Shown here in pieces: positions 1 through 11,205 of a stretch of 64,000 nucleotides of DNA (within the stretch, counting starts at the first letter, position 1; each line of letters opens with the position of its first letter). The notes beneath the pieces were generated by a model. That model was not told where the DNA came from and did no database searches. It worked only from the letters and a program-made list of their open reading frames with translations. Made by a program: the position numbers and the translations under genes. This stretch comes from Chrysemys picta bellii (Eukaryota): contig NC_088795.1 in the NCBI RefSeq assembly GCF_011386835.1, positions 118,606,001 through 118,670,000 on the forward strand. The letters are read 5' to 3'.

Positions 1-232
1 ATATGCAATAAAAATTTGAGCGATTTATTTATTTATTTATTGTTACTTATTCAGGAAGGGTTCAATTTGTGCCTCTCCTCTTAGTGAGTTAAGCTCTCCC
101 AGACACTTCAGTGACAGATCTGCCCCAGTTTTCCATTCTGTAGAACCAGATGATTCAGGGACACGTGAGGCATTTTGCGGGGTTCTTTTGAAGATGTGTG
201 CCTGTGCAGCAAGCACCCTATTGGCTCACAGT

Positions 233-633
233 TAAGGCTAAGATTTTGTTATGGATATTTTTAGTAAAAGTCAGGGACAGGTCACAGGCAATAAAGAAAA
301 ATTCATGGAAGCCTGTGACCTGTCCCTGACTTTTACTAAAAATATCCTTGACAAAATGGAGAGCCACTGGGCAGCTGCTGGGAGCCCGGCTGGGAGTTTT
401 GGGGCTCCCCACCACCCATGGGGGCTTAGAGCTCCAGGGTCCCCCTTCACCTGTGGCACCAAGCTGCGGGGTCCCCCCAGCCGCCTGTGGTGGCCGGGAG
501 CTCTGAGGGTAGCGGGGGTCCCCGGCCGCCTGCAGCGGCTTGGAGTTCAGGGGCCACAGGTACCCCGCAGCTCCCAGCCACCGCTGGCTGAAGTCATGGA
601 CTCCGTGACTTCCATGACAAAATCGTAGCCTTA
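233..633. mobile_element. Non-autonomous hAT-type MITE
   Basis: TIRs taaggctaagattttgt / acaaaatcgtagcctta; 8-bp TSD ctcacagt (225-232) / ctcacagc (634-641); GC-rich interior. Confidence 0.85.
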
Positions 634-2461
634 CTCACAGCATATAACAGTCCTCTGATGCTCAGCAAGATACTGAGTGATGCAGTTCCAGGATAAGAGC
701 TTCAATCTGGGCTCCCTGCACTCTCTCAGTTGCAGTTTTAGAGCGTGGAGAGTGGGGGGGGAGCACAGATCAGTGCTGTAATTCCCTGCTCTGCTTCCTG
801 AAAGCTGAGAGGGGAGTGAAGATTCATTTAGCTACCCAGATGTGAGGAAAATGAGGTTACAGGACTAGCCCAAGTCACACAATGAGTTAAAGGGAGATAA
901 AGCCTGGAGCAGAACAATTCCTCTGATACAATTTGGAAATCATCCCAGCAAATAAAAATACCTACTATGGGGTAAAGGGGAGAATGTAGAAGATACTTCA
1001 GCTAGTGAAAATAGCAATTCCTCGCTTTTTGTGTGCACCTCTATGCTTAGGGAAAGTATTAATGAAAAACAACCTCTAACAGCACTTGTAATCTATCTGT
1101 GGATACAGTGGCCAATCTTTTCATCTGTTGATCTGTGCTGCATTAGTGTAATTTTCTTATAAGGTCCCAATGAGGTCTGCTGGCAACATCTACTACGTGG
1201 CAGTTAAGAAGAGGCAGAAAGAAGATGACCCAGAGCTGCCAGCTGGAATATGCACTGCTGCTATCATTTGAATAACCCACAGAACTTTCTGTTTCTTTCT
1301 TTTCAGCCTTTGTTTCAAGTGACCACTATACTTCATTGTAATAGATGCTTCCTGAATAAGTTGGGGGTGGTGTTTAAAATGGGGGCTGTCTTTGGGGTTT
1401 ATGGAAGAGAGAGAAACTGAAAAAAACTCACTCAAAATAACTTTTTGTTCTGGCAATAAAAAGATTTGAAGGTTAATTGAAACAACACCACAACCCTAGC
1501 CTTATTTTTCTCTTTTGTCTTTAATCTGTATAAGCAACTGTATAAATAATCTGTATACATAACTCTCTTTACTATGCATTTCTGGTAACAAGCTAGATTG
1601 TTGTAAGATATACCTAGCTCAGTTCGGGATCTGAAACTTTCTGTTGGAATCTAGGAAAACACTGATACACCTGGTGCAGATCAATGGAATTGTAGCTACT
1701 TAGACCACAATTTGAGTTTGACCTCTTAAACCCATGTTAATAGTTAGGTGCATCTTTTACTGTGGCTATATAAAATATCCTTTTTCCTAATCTTTGGGCT
1801 ATCTGAGCATATTGACTTTTTAAATTATTTTTTAGCTAAATGGCTAGCAAAATGAAAAATGTACATTTGTTTTTGTGTGAGCACTACCCAATGTGGTCAG
1901 GGATCTAACCAGCAGCACCTGTCTCTACTGGATGGGGATGAAAGTAGCTCTTGCACCCCATCCACTCTTCTGAATGGCATTTTAGCAAGGAAGCACAAAC
2001 ATTTTTAAACATGTGCAAGGCTGAACCTCAGCCAAGGAAGATTGTGCTCCCACTTTAGGACATTGGAGGATTTCGTGAAAGCACTGTGAAGTCCCCTACC
2101 ATCAATTACAAGAGCTTGACTGTCATATGTGGCAATGGGTCTGTCCTGAGTCACACTGTTCCCTTGAGAAAGGGTAGGTGTGAAATGTCTAATGTATGAT
2201 TGTTACCACAATAAAGGATTCCATCATGAGCACTTTGATGCCCAGGGAGCCCACAGGACTTCAAGAGTTGTGTTTACATTAGAAAATTAAAAAGAACTAT
2301 CAGTTTCATTAGTTCTAACCTTTGGTATGAAATAAATGAACAATCACATTGCCAAGTACCCTGTCCTACTGCTAGTGACTGCAGTTTTGCTTTAGATTTG
2401 CTTGTTTGTGAGATAAGACTTTAAACTTAGTATGACATAGTTATGGAATGTAAGTGCATGA

Positions 2462-2590
2462 ATAGGTGTCTCTGTGCCACAGTTCCCCACCTGTAAAATG
2501 GAGATATTAAGCACTTCCCTACCTCACAGGAGTTCTAGGAGGACAAATACACTAAAGACCATGAGTGTTCAGATACTATAGTATTAGGAG
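2462..2590 (+). mobile_element. Degenerate MIR/CORE-like SINE fragment
   Basis: CORE-like stretch ctctgtgccacagttccccacctgtaaaatggagata...ctacctcacagg; recognised by eye. Confidence 0.5.
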
Positions 2591-3502
2591 TCAAGAAAAA
2601 ATATTTTAGTAATGTTTATCAAATCACTCAGTAGTTAATCTCTTGATAACTCTTTATATTCTTCTTACAGTTATCTTCAATTTAGCTTAGCAATTGTAAT
2701 TCATTTCAATCTTTCATTGTGCAAACGGATTGATTTTCAATACTTGTTGGCTTGACCGAATAGCCATTTTTCTTCTTCAAGTAATATTCCCCTCTCCTCC
2801 TCATACTAGGCTTTGGACTTCAAAGCTTACATTAAGTCCTGAACAAGCCAAGGTGTTGAATGGAGCAGACATTCTTTGGGGAAAGTCCACTCCTCCCGTG
2901 GAACAGCCAGTGCCCATCTTTTAACATGATCCCCCTTTAGTCAGTTATGGTCTCCAAATGGAGTTTCATCTAAGCCCTCATCCTAAAAGATGATCGTTTT
3001 GCTGCAATGTCGTGAGGGAAAGTTGGTTCAAGTGAGGGGGAAATATAAGAATTTGCATCTCTCCATCTATGATACAGACAGCATCCCTCTACAAGCAAAC
3101 AATTATTCATTCTAATTAAACAGTTATTAATTCTAATTAAAAAGAAACCTACATTGTGGATCCCAGTGACTCAAGTTTTGTTTTAAAACAAATGTTTTAA
3201 AAGACAAATTTTATAGAAGTGTACTCCTGATGTTTTTTTTAATACAACTGAAACAGATTTGCCTTCAAACATTCACCTTCATTGTTGCAACATTGTACTA
3301 ATGGATGAGACAGCCAGACTGTGAAACTGCAGTATGATGGCTTAGTTCTGTTTCTGTGTAAGCTAAGGCTTCTTCTGGCCTCAGTGGGAGCTGGATCAGA
3401 CCTCAAGTCTGTTTCCACTGTGAAAACGGTGTGAAGAGCAAAAAAGTAAACAAAGGGCATAAATGAGTTGGTAAGACAACTCCCACCTGTTCATGCTCTC
3501 TG

Positions 3503-3636
3503 TATGTGTGTATATATATCTCCTCAGTATATGTTCCACTCTATATGCATTCGAAGAAGTGGGCTGTAGCCCACGAAAGCTTATGCTCTAATAAATGTTA
3601 GTCTCTAAGGTGCCACAAGTCCTCCTGTTATTTTTA
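3503..3636 (+). mobile_element. Penelope-like element terminal-repeat fragment
   Basis: gaagaagtgggctgtagcccacgaaagcttatgctctaataaat...gttagtctctaaggtgccacaag, shared with the copies at 43256 and 63479. Confidence 0.8.
3547..3586 (+). ncRNA. Hammerhead-like motif with mutated core
   Basis: GCAU-UCGAAGA-A-GUGGGCU/AGCCCAC stem-GAA-AGCU-U-AUGC; the core reads UCGAAGA instead of CUGANGA. Confidence 0.45.
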
Positions 3637-3688
3637 AAGGGCATAAATGGTGTATGTATATAAAGTTAGATTTTTAAATCTAATCTTA

Positions 3689-3971
3689 GGGCTAGTCTAC
3701 ACTGGCAACACTAAATCGCTGCCGTGGCAGCGCTTTAACAGGGCTTGTGTAGTTGCGGCAGAGCGCTGGGATAGAGCTCTCCCAGCGCTCTACAAAAACC
3801 ACCTCCACGAGGGGCATAGCTACCAGCGCTGTGAGCGCGGCTCTCACCACTGGTGCACTGTCTACACTGGCGCTTTACAGCGCTGAAACTTGCTGCACTC
3901 AGGGAGGTGTTTTTTCACACCCCTGAGCGAGAAAAGTTGCAGCGCTGTAAATTGCCAGTGTAGACAAGCCC
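3689..3971. mobile_element. PIF/Harbinger-type MITE
   Basis: TIRs gggctagtctacactggcaa / ttgccagtgtagacaagccc; TWA flanks (tta 3686-3688, taa 3972-3974). Confidence 0.85.
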
Positions 3972-4059
3972 TAATATACAATTAGTAACACAGAAAGGGG
4001 TTAGGTTGGAGGGGAGTGCAAAATGTGATTCTTCTTTGAGTCTTTGTATGTGGCCCATT

Positions 4060-5420
4060 CTAGATACATATGTTCCTCATGTGTATAAGCGCTGAATCTT
4101 TGAGCGGCAGTGTCCATTGGAGCCATGCTTGTGCTCTGCGTGTCCTCGTGCCCTGCTCACCTGTAGATCTATAGAACAGAGCATCCCCGACCACCCTCTG
4201 TTCCCTCTTGCCATCTGGGGCAGCGAGACAGAACTCTGCCAGGTCTGCCCACTGCTTCATAGCAACCTCTCTTTGTAGCATTCTCCTGGACTTTGGCAGA
4301 TCCTTGTTTTTATTTCAATGAGTTTAATTTTAATAATGTGGTTCATTCTAGTGCCTCAGTACCTTCTGCCAAATGACTGAGCCCAAACCAGGTTTCAAGC
4401 CCTCCTCATCAGGCAGTGGTCTTAGCCCCTTAACCTTTGGACATACCCATTTCTGTTATTCGAGTGAGGGCCCCGTTCCAAGCCTTTGCTCAGCATATCA
4501 GTCCTCCTCCAAGAGAACCCACCTTTCCAGAGACACTCTGCTAACACTTTGTTCTGTTGGAACAATCAATGAGGGAGCATTAGATTTAGAAACATGTACC
4601 TCGCAGAGGCGCCATGTTCCCAGGAGATGCCCGACCCCCACTCCGCCCCAGTCCCTGCCCCCATTCCACCCCTTCCCACAAACCCCCTTCTCTTCCTGCC
4701 CCCGCACTGCCCCATTCTGTTCTTTCCCCCATCTCTTCCTGCCTGCACTCCTCCCACCCCTAGCCTCCTGCACGCCACTGAACAGCTGATCACAGCGGGT
4801 GGGAAGCGCTGGGAGGGAGGGGAAGGAGCTGATCAGCGGGACCCACTGGTGGGCAGAAGGGCTTGGGGGGGAGCAGGAGGAGCTGATCTGTGGGGCTGCC
4901 AGTGGATGCTAAGCAACCACTGTTTTTTTCCCGTGGAGCACCCATGGAGTTGGCGCCTACGGTACCTTGGACTCCAAAAAGGGATTATCCGCACAAAAAC
5001 TTCCATTCCTTCAGTGCCCCAGTAAGTACAGACTCTCCCCCAAAAGCTCCCTTGGCCAGTATTGAGAAGGGAACCTCTGTTCCTTTGACAAGCCATCAGT
5101 CCCACAAACTGAAGTCTGTACTAACTGGGGCTTTGGCATTGAAGCTTGGTACCACCTCTACCTTCTTAAGGCAGGGCACAAGTGAGCACTGTAGCAAGGG
5201 TGATTCACAGCACCCATCCTCTTCACCAGATCAGGAGAAACCTAACGAGGAAAAAAGATTAATGGGCCATTTGACTCTTCTAAATCTCATGGAAAGACCT
5301 GATCAGGCTAGTCTGACAGGCTCTTTGACTCCTCCAGCGCATCTGAAGCCAAGTCAACCCCAGTACCAAAGACCAGCACTAGTAAGGGCTCCCTCTCAGC
5401 TCTGGTACTGATATCAAGAC
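4060..5420 (+). mobile_element. DIRS-like retrotransposon remnant (5' end and ORF1), interrupted by a MITE
   Basis: ORF 4373 begins KPGFKPSSS...GHTHFCYSSEGPVPSLCSAYQSSSKRTHLSRDTLL, a decayed version of the Cys/His-rich N-terminus recalled for vertebrate DIRS ORF1; low-complexity S/P/K coding resumes after 4962. Confidence 0.55.
4602..4961. mobile_element. GC-rich hAT-like MITE inserted in the DIRS remnant
   Basis: Right end ggagcacccatggagttggcgcctacg; same family as 18581-18977; gtacct on both flanks but no clean 8-bp TSD. Confidence 0.65.
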
Positions 5421-5599
5421 ACACACACACACCCAAGTACAGGACTGAGTATTGATATCCAGGTCTTAGCTGTGCCTGTGGGATCTATTATTAACTACAG
5501 ATCTATGGTCCTGACCCCAATCACAGTGCGGATGTTACCAGTGCTAGCTTCTCTACTGCTGAGAAAATATAAGAAGACCCCAGCAACAGTACTCTCCCT

Positions 5600-5770
5600 T
5601 CTACTCTTCAGAGATCGTTTCTTTAAATATAAACAAGCGTAAACCACTCTGATCTGACAGACAGCAGGAGTATTTCATTTGAAAAGTAACATCAACTTGC
5701 CCAAGATCACATAGGGAATTTGTTGCAGAGAAGGACACTGAGCCCAGGTTTCCCAAATCCCAGGCTAATA
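5600..5770 (-). mobile_element. Degenerate MIR-like SINE fragment
   Basis: aacttgcccaagatcacataggga...gagcccaggtttccc resembles the reverse complement of a MIR head and core. Confidence 0.45.
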
Positions 5771-8368
5771 CCCAGATCCAGATCCAAACTTCATCCAAAG
5801 TGTGGGTGTGTTTGGAGCCAGAGGTTGGGCTAGGGCTATTTCTATATCTATATCAAATTTATTTTGCACTGAACAGTGAGCCTAACTCTTGTTAAAATAA
5901 GTGGGAGTTAGGTGCCTCAGTACTTTTAAAAATCTGGGCCTCTGTGCCTTACTTCCCTTAACTGTATAATGGGTGTAATACCACCTTTCTACTTCAATAG
6001 GGTAGTGTGAGGATAAATACATTTAAGACTGGGAGGGCTCAGATACTAGGCAGTGGAGGCATATAAGTACCTTTGACAGATGAACCAAGATGAACCAATA
6101 CAAACTCCGCCTTGAGAATGTATTGTTATTCTTTATATTGTGTTAGTATCTAGGAGCACTAGTCAGACACCAGGACCCCATTGTGCTAGCATTGTACAAA
6201 CAGAACAAAAAGTTAGTACCTGCCCCCCAAAGAGCTTACAAATCCCTCTTTGTGATATAGCTGAATTGATGTTTGTAATATGAGGGTTTGGGGAAGCTGC
6301 TTTTTCTAATTACTTTAACTTTTCTATAAAGACTCAAATTTTCCCATGAGTATCACCTGGCAAATAATATGCATTTTTACCCTCTCCCTCTAACTGTAGA
6401 GAATGTTTTAGCAGAGACGAATGAGGTTTTTGGGCGCCATCTGGTGGGAGCTTTATAAATGTCAGATGCTTTTAAGGTTTTAAATAATGGGCCAAATTCT
6501 GCTCTCCTCTATATTAGCAAAACCCCAGTCAAGTTACAGTGATAAAATAAGTGAGAGTAGACTGTCACCTAATATATTTTTTGTCTTATGTTTTATAGTC
6601 AGGTCAGAAGCTTATTTTATAATATGGCAATTTCACATTGTAAAAAATCTTAATTGTACCCTAAAAATATCTTACAACATCCTTTATGGTAAAGGTATTC
6701 AAAATTAAGATATGCTGATTAAGCTTCCTATGCAGGGATCATATGTGACCTTACAGAGAGAGAGAGAAATATGGGGATAAGTTTGCTGGCATGTACCAAG
6801 TGAGGATTTGGAGCCAAGCAAAACAGCTTGTGTTCTTGGAGGAGGAGAGTAGTTAGCTTGTGCCTGTGTCGTGCAGTTTAGAAGAGCACAGATGGGAGCC
6901 TCAGCAGAAAAGTTTTTCACTCTGCAGCTAGACAGAAATGCTTTAGTCAGACCAGTGTGGGCTGAAACTGAGCAACTGAACAAGAGGTTGTGCTTAGCTA
7001 AAGTTTTATTCTGTTGGGGTTAATCATTTTAAAATGTATTTGGTGAGTCTGTGAATTTTAGAGCACTCTTGTGTGAGTGTCACAACAGTAGCTCAGAAGC
7101 CAATAAGTCTGATGCAGAGCTACACCGGTTCACAAGGCGAAATAAACATTTTACATTCTGGGGTTCTTGGAGGGTGTTGGAAATTCCCATAGTTACCAAA
7201 ATATCTCATGGGCACATGAAGGAAAAGCTAAACCAAATTCTTTAGAAATACCGGCAGATTTGTAAGTTCTATTTTCCTCTTACTGGTTTGGGTTTTTTCC
7301 CTTTTTTAAAGGAGAGGTAGGAGTTAGTAATCCATAAAAGACAGTTAGGCATATATTGTGTAAAACATGTGGCATATATGTCTTTTTAAGCTGGCAGCCA
7401 GCTCCATGGATAGAACGCTCTAGGCTTTGATGAATCATTTGTTGATGGATATAGCATTCATTTCCACTAGAGGTCACTACGTGCAAATGATTACGTCTTC
7501 ATTTTAATATCAATTACTTTTATTGGTTTACATGAGAAAATTTGTAGCACATTTTGCAATTCAAGAGGTTAATGGGGCCCAGCTGCATGAAATGTACCAA
7601 TTGACTGAAGACATGACATTTTTTATGGGCCCCAATTAAGCCATAGATTATTTCATTCTAAAATAAGGGAAGTTGGCTCAGCCATGTACATTTTATATTG
7701 AAGAGTGTCAAATTAGTTTCAGCCAGAACCAAACCCCTACTAACATTACCTAACTTTAGGAAATTTCAGATCCAAATCCAAACGTCACTGGTGGCCTCTT
7801 TTTTTATAATGATCTGAGCCATCGTTTCTGATCCAAGTATCCAGGTACGCTGGGAAAGATTGGATTTTAGACAGTAGCATGTAGAGTGAAAGATATTTTG
7901 ATGCAGAGGCCACTGCAGTTCTCATAGGCCCAAATGCTGATGCCACTGCAGTTAACAATATCAGTAGAAGCAGTGTTTGGCTCTTAGTGAAGTTGTTATG
8001 TGGGGGGAAAAACTCTTTCACCCTTATAAAATTCCAGTATGCTCCTAGTTAGACAGAAGCAAATTCTGGCTAGAGCAGTAGCTGCAGCATTTCTCCATCT
8101 TATTAATCAAAACAAAAACAATTCAAATATAACATTATTACTTAATGATGCCACAGAGGCAATTTACTTATCTAAATTAAATGAGACATACTGTATATTG
8201 AGTGTAGAAGCTTATACTTGGTTCATCATCATTGTATCTGACTGAGTTTCTCCCAGTGATTAAATAAATAAGCAATTAACATGTTCTAGGATACATAAAA
8301 GCCCGTTGGCCAGGGCAAAATCAAAAGATATTTTAATAGGGATTTGACACATCCATTTTTGTAGTATT

Positions 8369-9854
8369 TATTGGATATAAAATATGTTTCTTCACTGGTG
8401 AGGAGTGGGATGAAAGGAAGTTGCGCCTCTGGGGAGAACTTGGTTGGGATGGAAAAAATAGCCAGAAAAATGTGAATGAAAATTGGGAGTTCATTAAGGA
8501 GAGTTTATTGGATGGCAATGATTCCACAATCAAGAAAGAGGATAACGTTGGCTAAAAGCCCATCTTGGTTCAGTGCAAAGTGAAAGCAGCAATTAGAAAT
8601 AAAAAAGCAATATATAACAAATGGGGGGAAGGGAAATAGATAGCAATCAATATAAAGTAGATGGTATGAAGTGTAGAAAATTGGTAAGGGAAGCTAAAGA
8701 TATCAGGGCAAAATCTATGGCTGGCAGGACTAAGGACAATAAGGACTTATTTAAGCATATTAGGAACAAAAGAAATCCTAACAGTAATATAGACCAATTG
8801 GTAGGTGGAGATGATAAAATTGTTAATAATGATGCAGAAAAGGCATAAAGGTTCAATAAATATTTCTGTTCTGTATTTGGAAAGAAGGAAAATGTAATCC
8901 TCTCAAATGAAGTACTTCACAGTCCATTAGTAACTAAGGAGGAGGTTCAATATCATCTAAGGATAAATATTTTTAAATCAGCAGGCCCAGACAACATGCA
9001 CAAAAGAGTCTTAAAAGAGTTGACTAAGGAGATCTCTGGCCCACTGATGTTAACTTTAATAACTCTTGGTGTGAAGGGAAACACCCTCACTCTAGTGGAA
9101 AGGAAACTAACAAACTTTTCTGGGCCTGTTCAGCACTAAAGAGGTGCCTCTGCAAGTCTTGCTCTGCCTGGAGGGGGAGAGGAAAACCTGCCACAGGAAG
9201 GAGTGGTGAACAGAAGGACTGCTCAAATTCAGAGACTACTGACAGCAGACAGGTTAGCTGAGAAGCCCTCACCACTCCTGAAGCTGCATGGACTAGTTGC
9301 AAAGCAGTACACCTCAGGAAAAGAAGACAGAGGTAGACCCCACTAAGGGACAATAGACCCTGATAGACCAAGCGCAAAGAGCTGGATCCTGAAAGACTGC
9401 TTGAGAGACAGGCTACCTTTCTTTTTCTTTATTTTCACTTAGATTCCCCTCTCATAAGAGAAAGAGAGGACCTTTCTTTTGTCTGTTTGTTTTACTCCAA
9501 GAACTCCTCATGTGCTACAACGTGGGGAGAAGGACAGTATAAATGACTGGCAGCAGTGTCTGGAGAGGGCTTGACTATGGAGCCCCTGCCTCCCACACTT
9601 GAAATACCAGGAAAATTTCAGAAGACTAGGAGAGTACCCCCATATTTAAAAACGGCAGCAGGCTTACCCAGAAACCATAGACCAGTTATCCTGTCATCAA
9701 CCCTGGGCAAAATTATGGAAAGGCTTAATCAGGTTTCAGCTGATAAAGAATTAAAGAATTGGAATATAAGTAATGTCAGTCAACAGGGCTTTATTAAAAA
9801 TAGGTCTTGTCAAACGAACCTGATTTCATTCTTTGATGAGATTACAAGTTTGAC
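8369..9854 (+). mobile_element. CR1 LINE ORF2 fragment, split by a solo LTR
   Basis: Translated pieces KCRKLVREAK..KDLFKHIRNKRN..DAEKA and RPVILSSTLGKIMERL..QQGFIKNRSCQTNLISFFDEIT; stops and frameshifts present. Confidence 0.9.
9070..9597. mobile_element. Solo LTR inserted in CR1
   Basis: tgtg...caca termini; 5-bp flanks cttgg / cttga; CR1 sequence rejoins across it. Confidence 0.7.
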
Positions 9855-10110
9855 CAGACCACATGATGCTGAACTCTATTTTGGTACCTATATTTTTCCA
9901 CAAACTGGACTAGGAACTGAGTTTGGAACAGAGGGTTCCCACCATATGGAAAAGCTATATAAGGTGAGGAGTGACATAATTTCTGGGCCTCACTCCCCAC
10001 ACAAGAGAACTCCTGGAAAAACCTGAGGAGCAAAGACTGAACTGGGGGAAGTGCTAGTCCCAGGCTAAAGGAATTTCTAGCCTATGTATGGAAATCTAGG
10101 ATTTGAATTA

Positions 10111-11205
10111 CACCTCTACCCCGATATAACACAGTCCTCAGGAGCCAAAAAAATCTCACCGTGTTATAGGTGAGACCGTGTTATATTGGGGTAGGGAGAG
10201 GAACCGCTCCCCACCCCAGCTCATCTCTGCTCTGCCTCCTCATCCTCCCTGAGCGCACTGCTGCCGCTCCACTTCTCTCTCCCTCCCTTAGAGGCTTTCT
10301 GCACCAATCAGCTGTTTGGCCTGGCAAGCCTGGAAGGGAGCGGGGGAGAAGTGGAGCGGCGGCGGTGCGCTCAGGGAAGGAGGCGGAGATGAGCTGGAGC
10401 AAGGAGTGGTTCCTCCACCCCCATTATTTGCTGTGGCCTTCCCCGGGACCCCCCCCACCCACCCCAGCACACCTCCGTTCTGCCTCCTCCCACGAGCGCA
10501 CCGCGGCTCCGCTTCTTCCCCCTCCCTCCCTCCCAGGCTTGCCGCGCCAATCAGCTGTTTGACACGGGCAAGCCTGGGAGGGAGAAGCAGAGCTGAGCGA
10601 CGTGCTCATGGGAGTAGGCGGAGGTGAGCTGGGGCGGGGAGAGGTTCCTCTGCCTCCCCCCTTATTTGCTGCGCCCCCCCCCGCCCCAGCTCACCTCTGC
10701 TCCGCCTCTGCCTCCTCCCACAAGCACGCTGCAGCTCCGCTTCTCCTCCCTCCCAAGCTTGCAGTGCCAAACAGCTGACTGGCGCAGCAAGCCTGGGAGG
10801 GAGGAGAAGTGGAGCTGCAGTGTGCTCATGGGAGGAGGCAGAGCGGAGGTGAGCTGGGGCGGGGGGGCCCCAGGGAGGGACGCAGCAAGTAACGGGTGAG
10901 CTCAGAGGAACCGCTTGCAGTAACACAAATTCAGATATAACGAGGTAAGGCAGCCCCATCCTCCGAATTCACGTTATATCGGACTGCATTATATCGGGGT
11001 AAAAAAAAATGGAGATAGCTTATCTCCTAGAACTAGAAGGGACCTCAAAAGGTCATCAAGTCTAGCCCACTGCCTTCACTAGCAGGACCAAGTACTGATT
11101 TTGCCCCAGATCCCTAAGTGGTCCACTTAAGGATTGAATTTACAAGCCTGGGTTTAGCAGGCCAATGGTCAAACCACTGAGCTATCCCTCCCCAGGGTAG
11201 AAGTG
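10111..11205. mobile_element. Tc1/mariner (Tigger-like) non-autonomous element
   Basis: TA flanks (10109-10110, 11206-11207); left TIR cacctctaccccgatataac; right TIR ttatatcggggt..agaagtg split by a SINE; internal GC-rich repeated blocks. Confidence 0.8.
11001..11193 (-). mobile_element. Tortoise-type Pol III SINE (tRNA-derived head, CR1-derived tail)
   Basis: Minus strand starts gggagggatagctcagtggtttgaccattggcctgctaaaccc (A box) and ends in a CR1-like 3' tail plus T-run; gggta duplicated on both flanks. Confidence 0.9.

Noticed and set aside
6079-6098. 10-bp tandem duplication gatgaaccaa and scattered poly(A), (GTTT)n and (AC)n runs
   Set aside because: Ordinary slippage products
11100-11193. 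Possible tRNA gene (also at 38887 and 51455)
   Set aside because: Joined to SINE bodies or decayed, with no intact cloverleaf; treated as SINE heads
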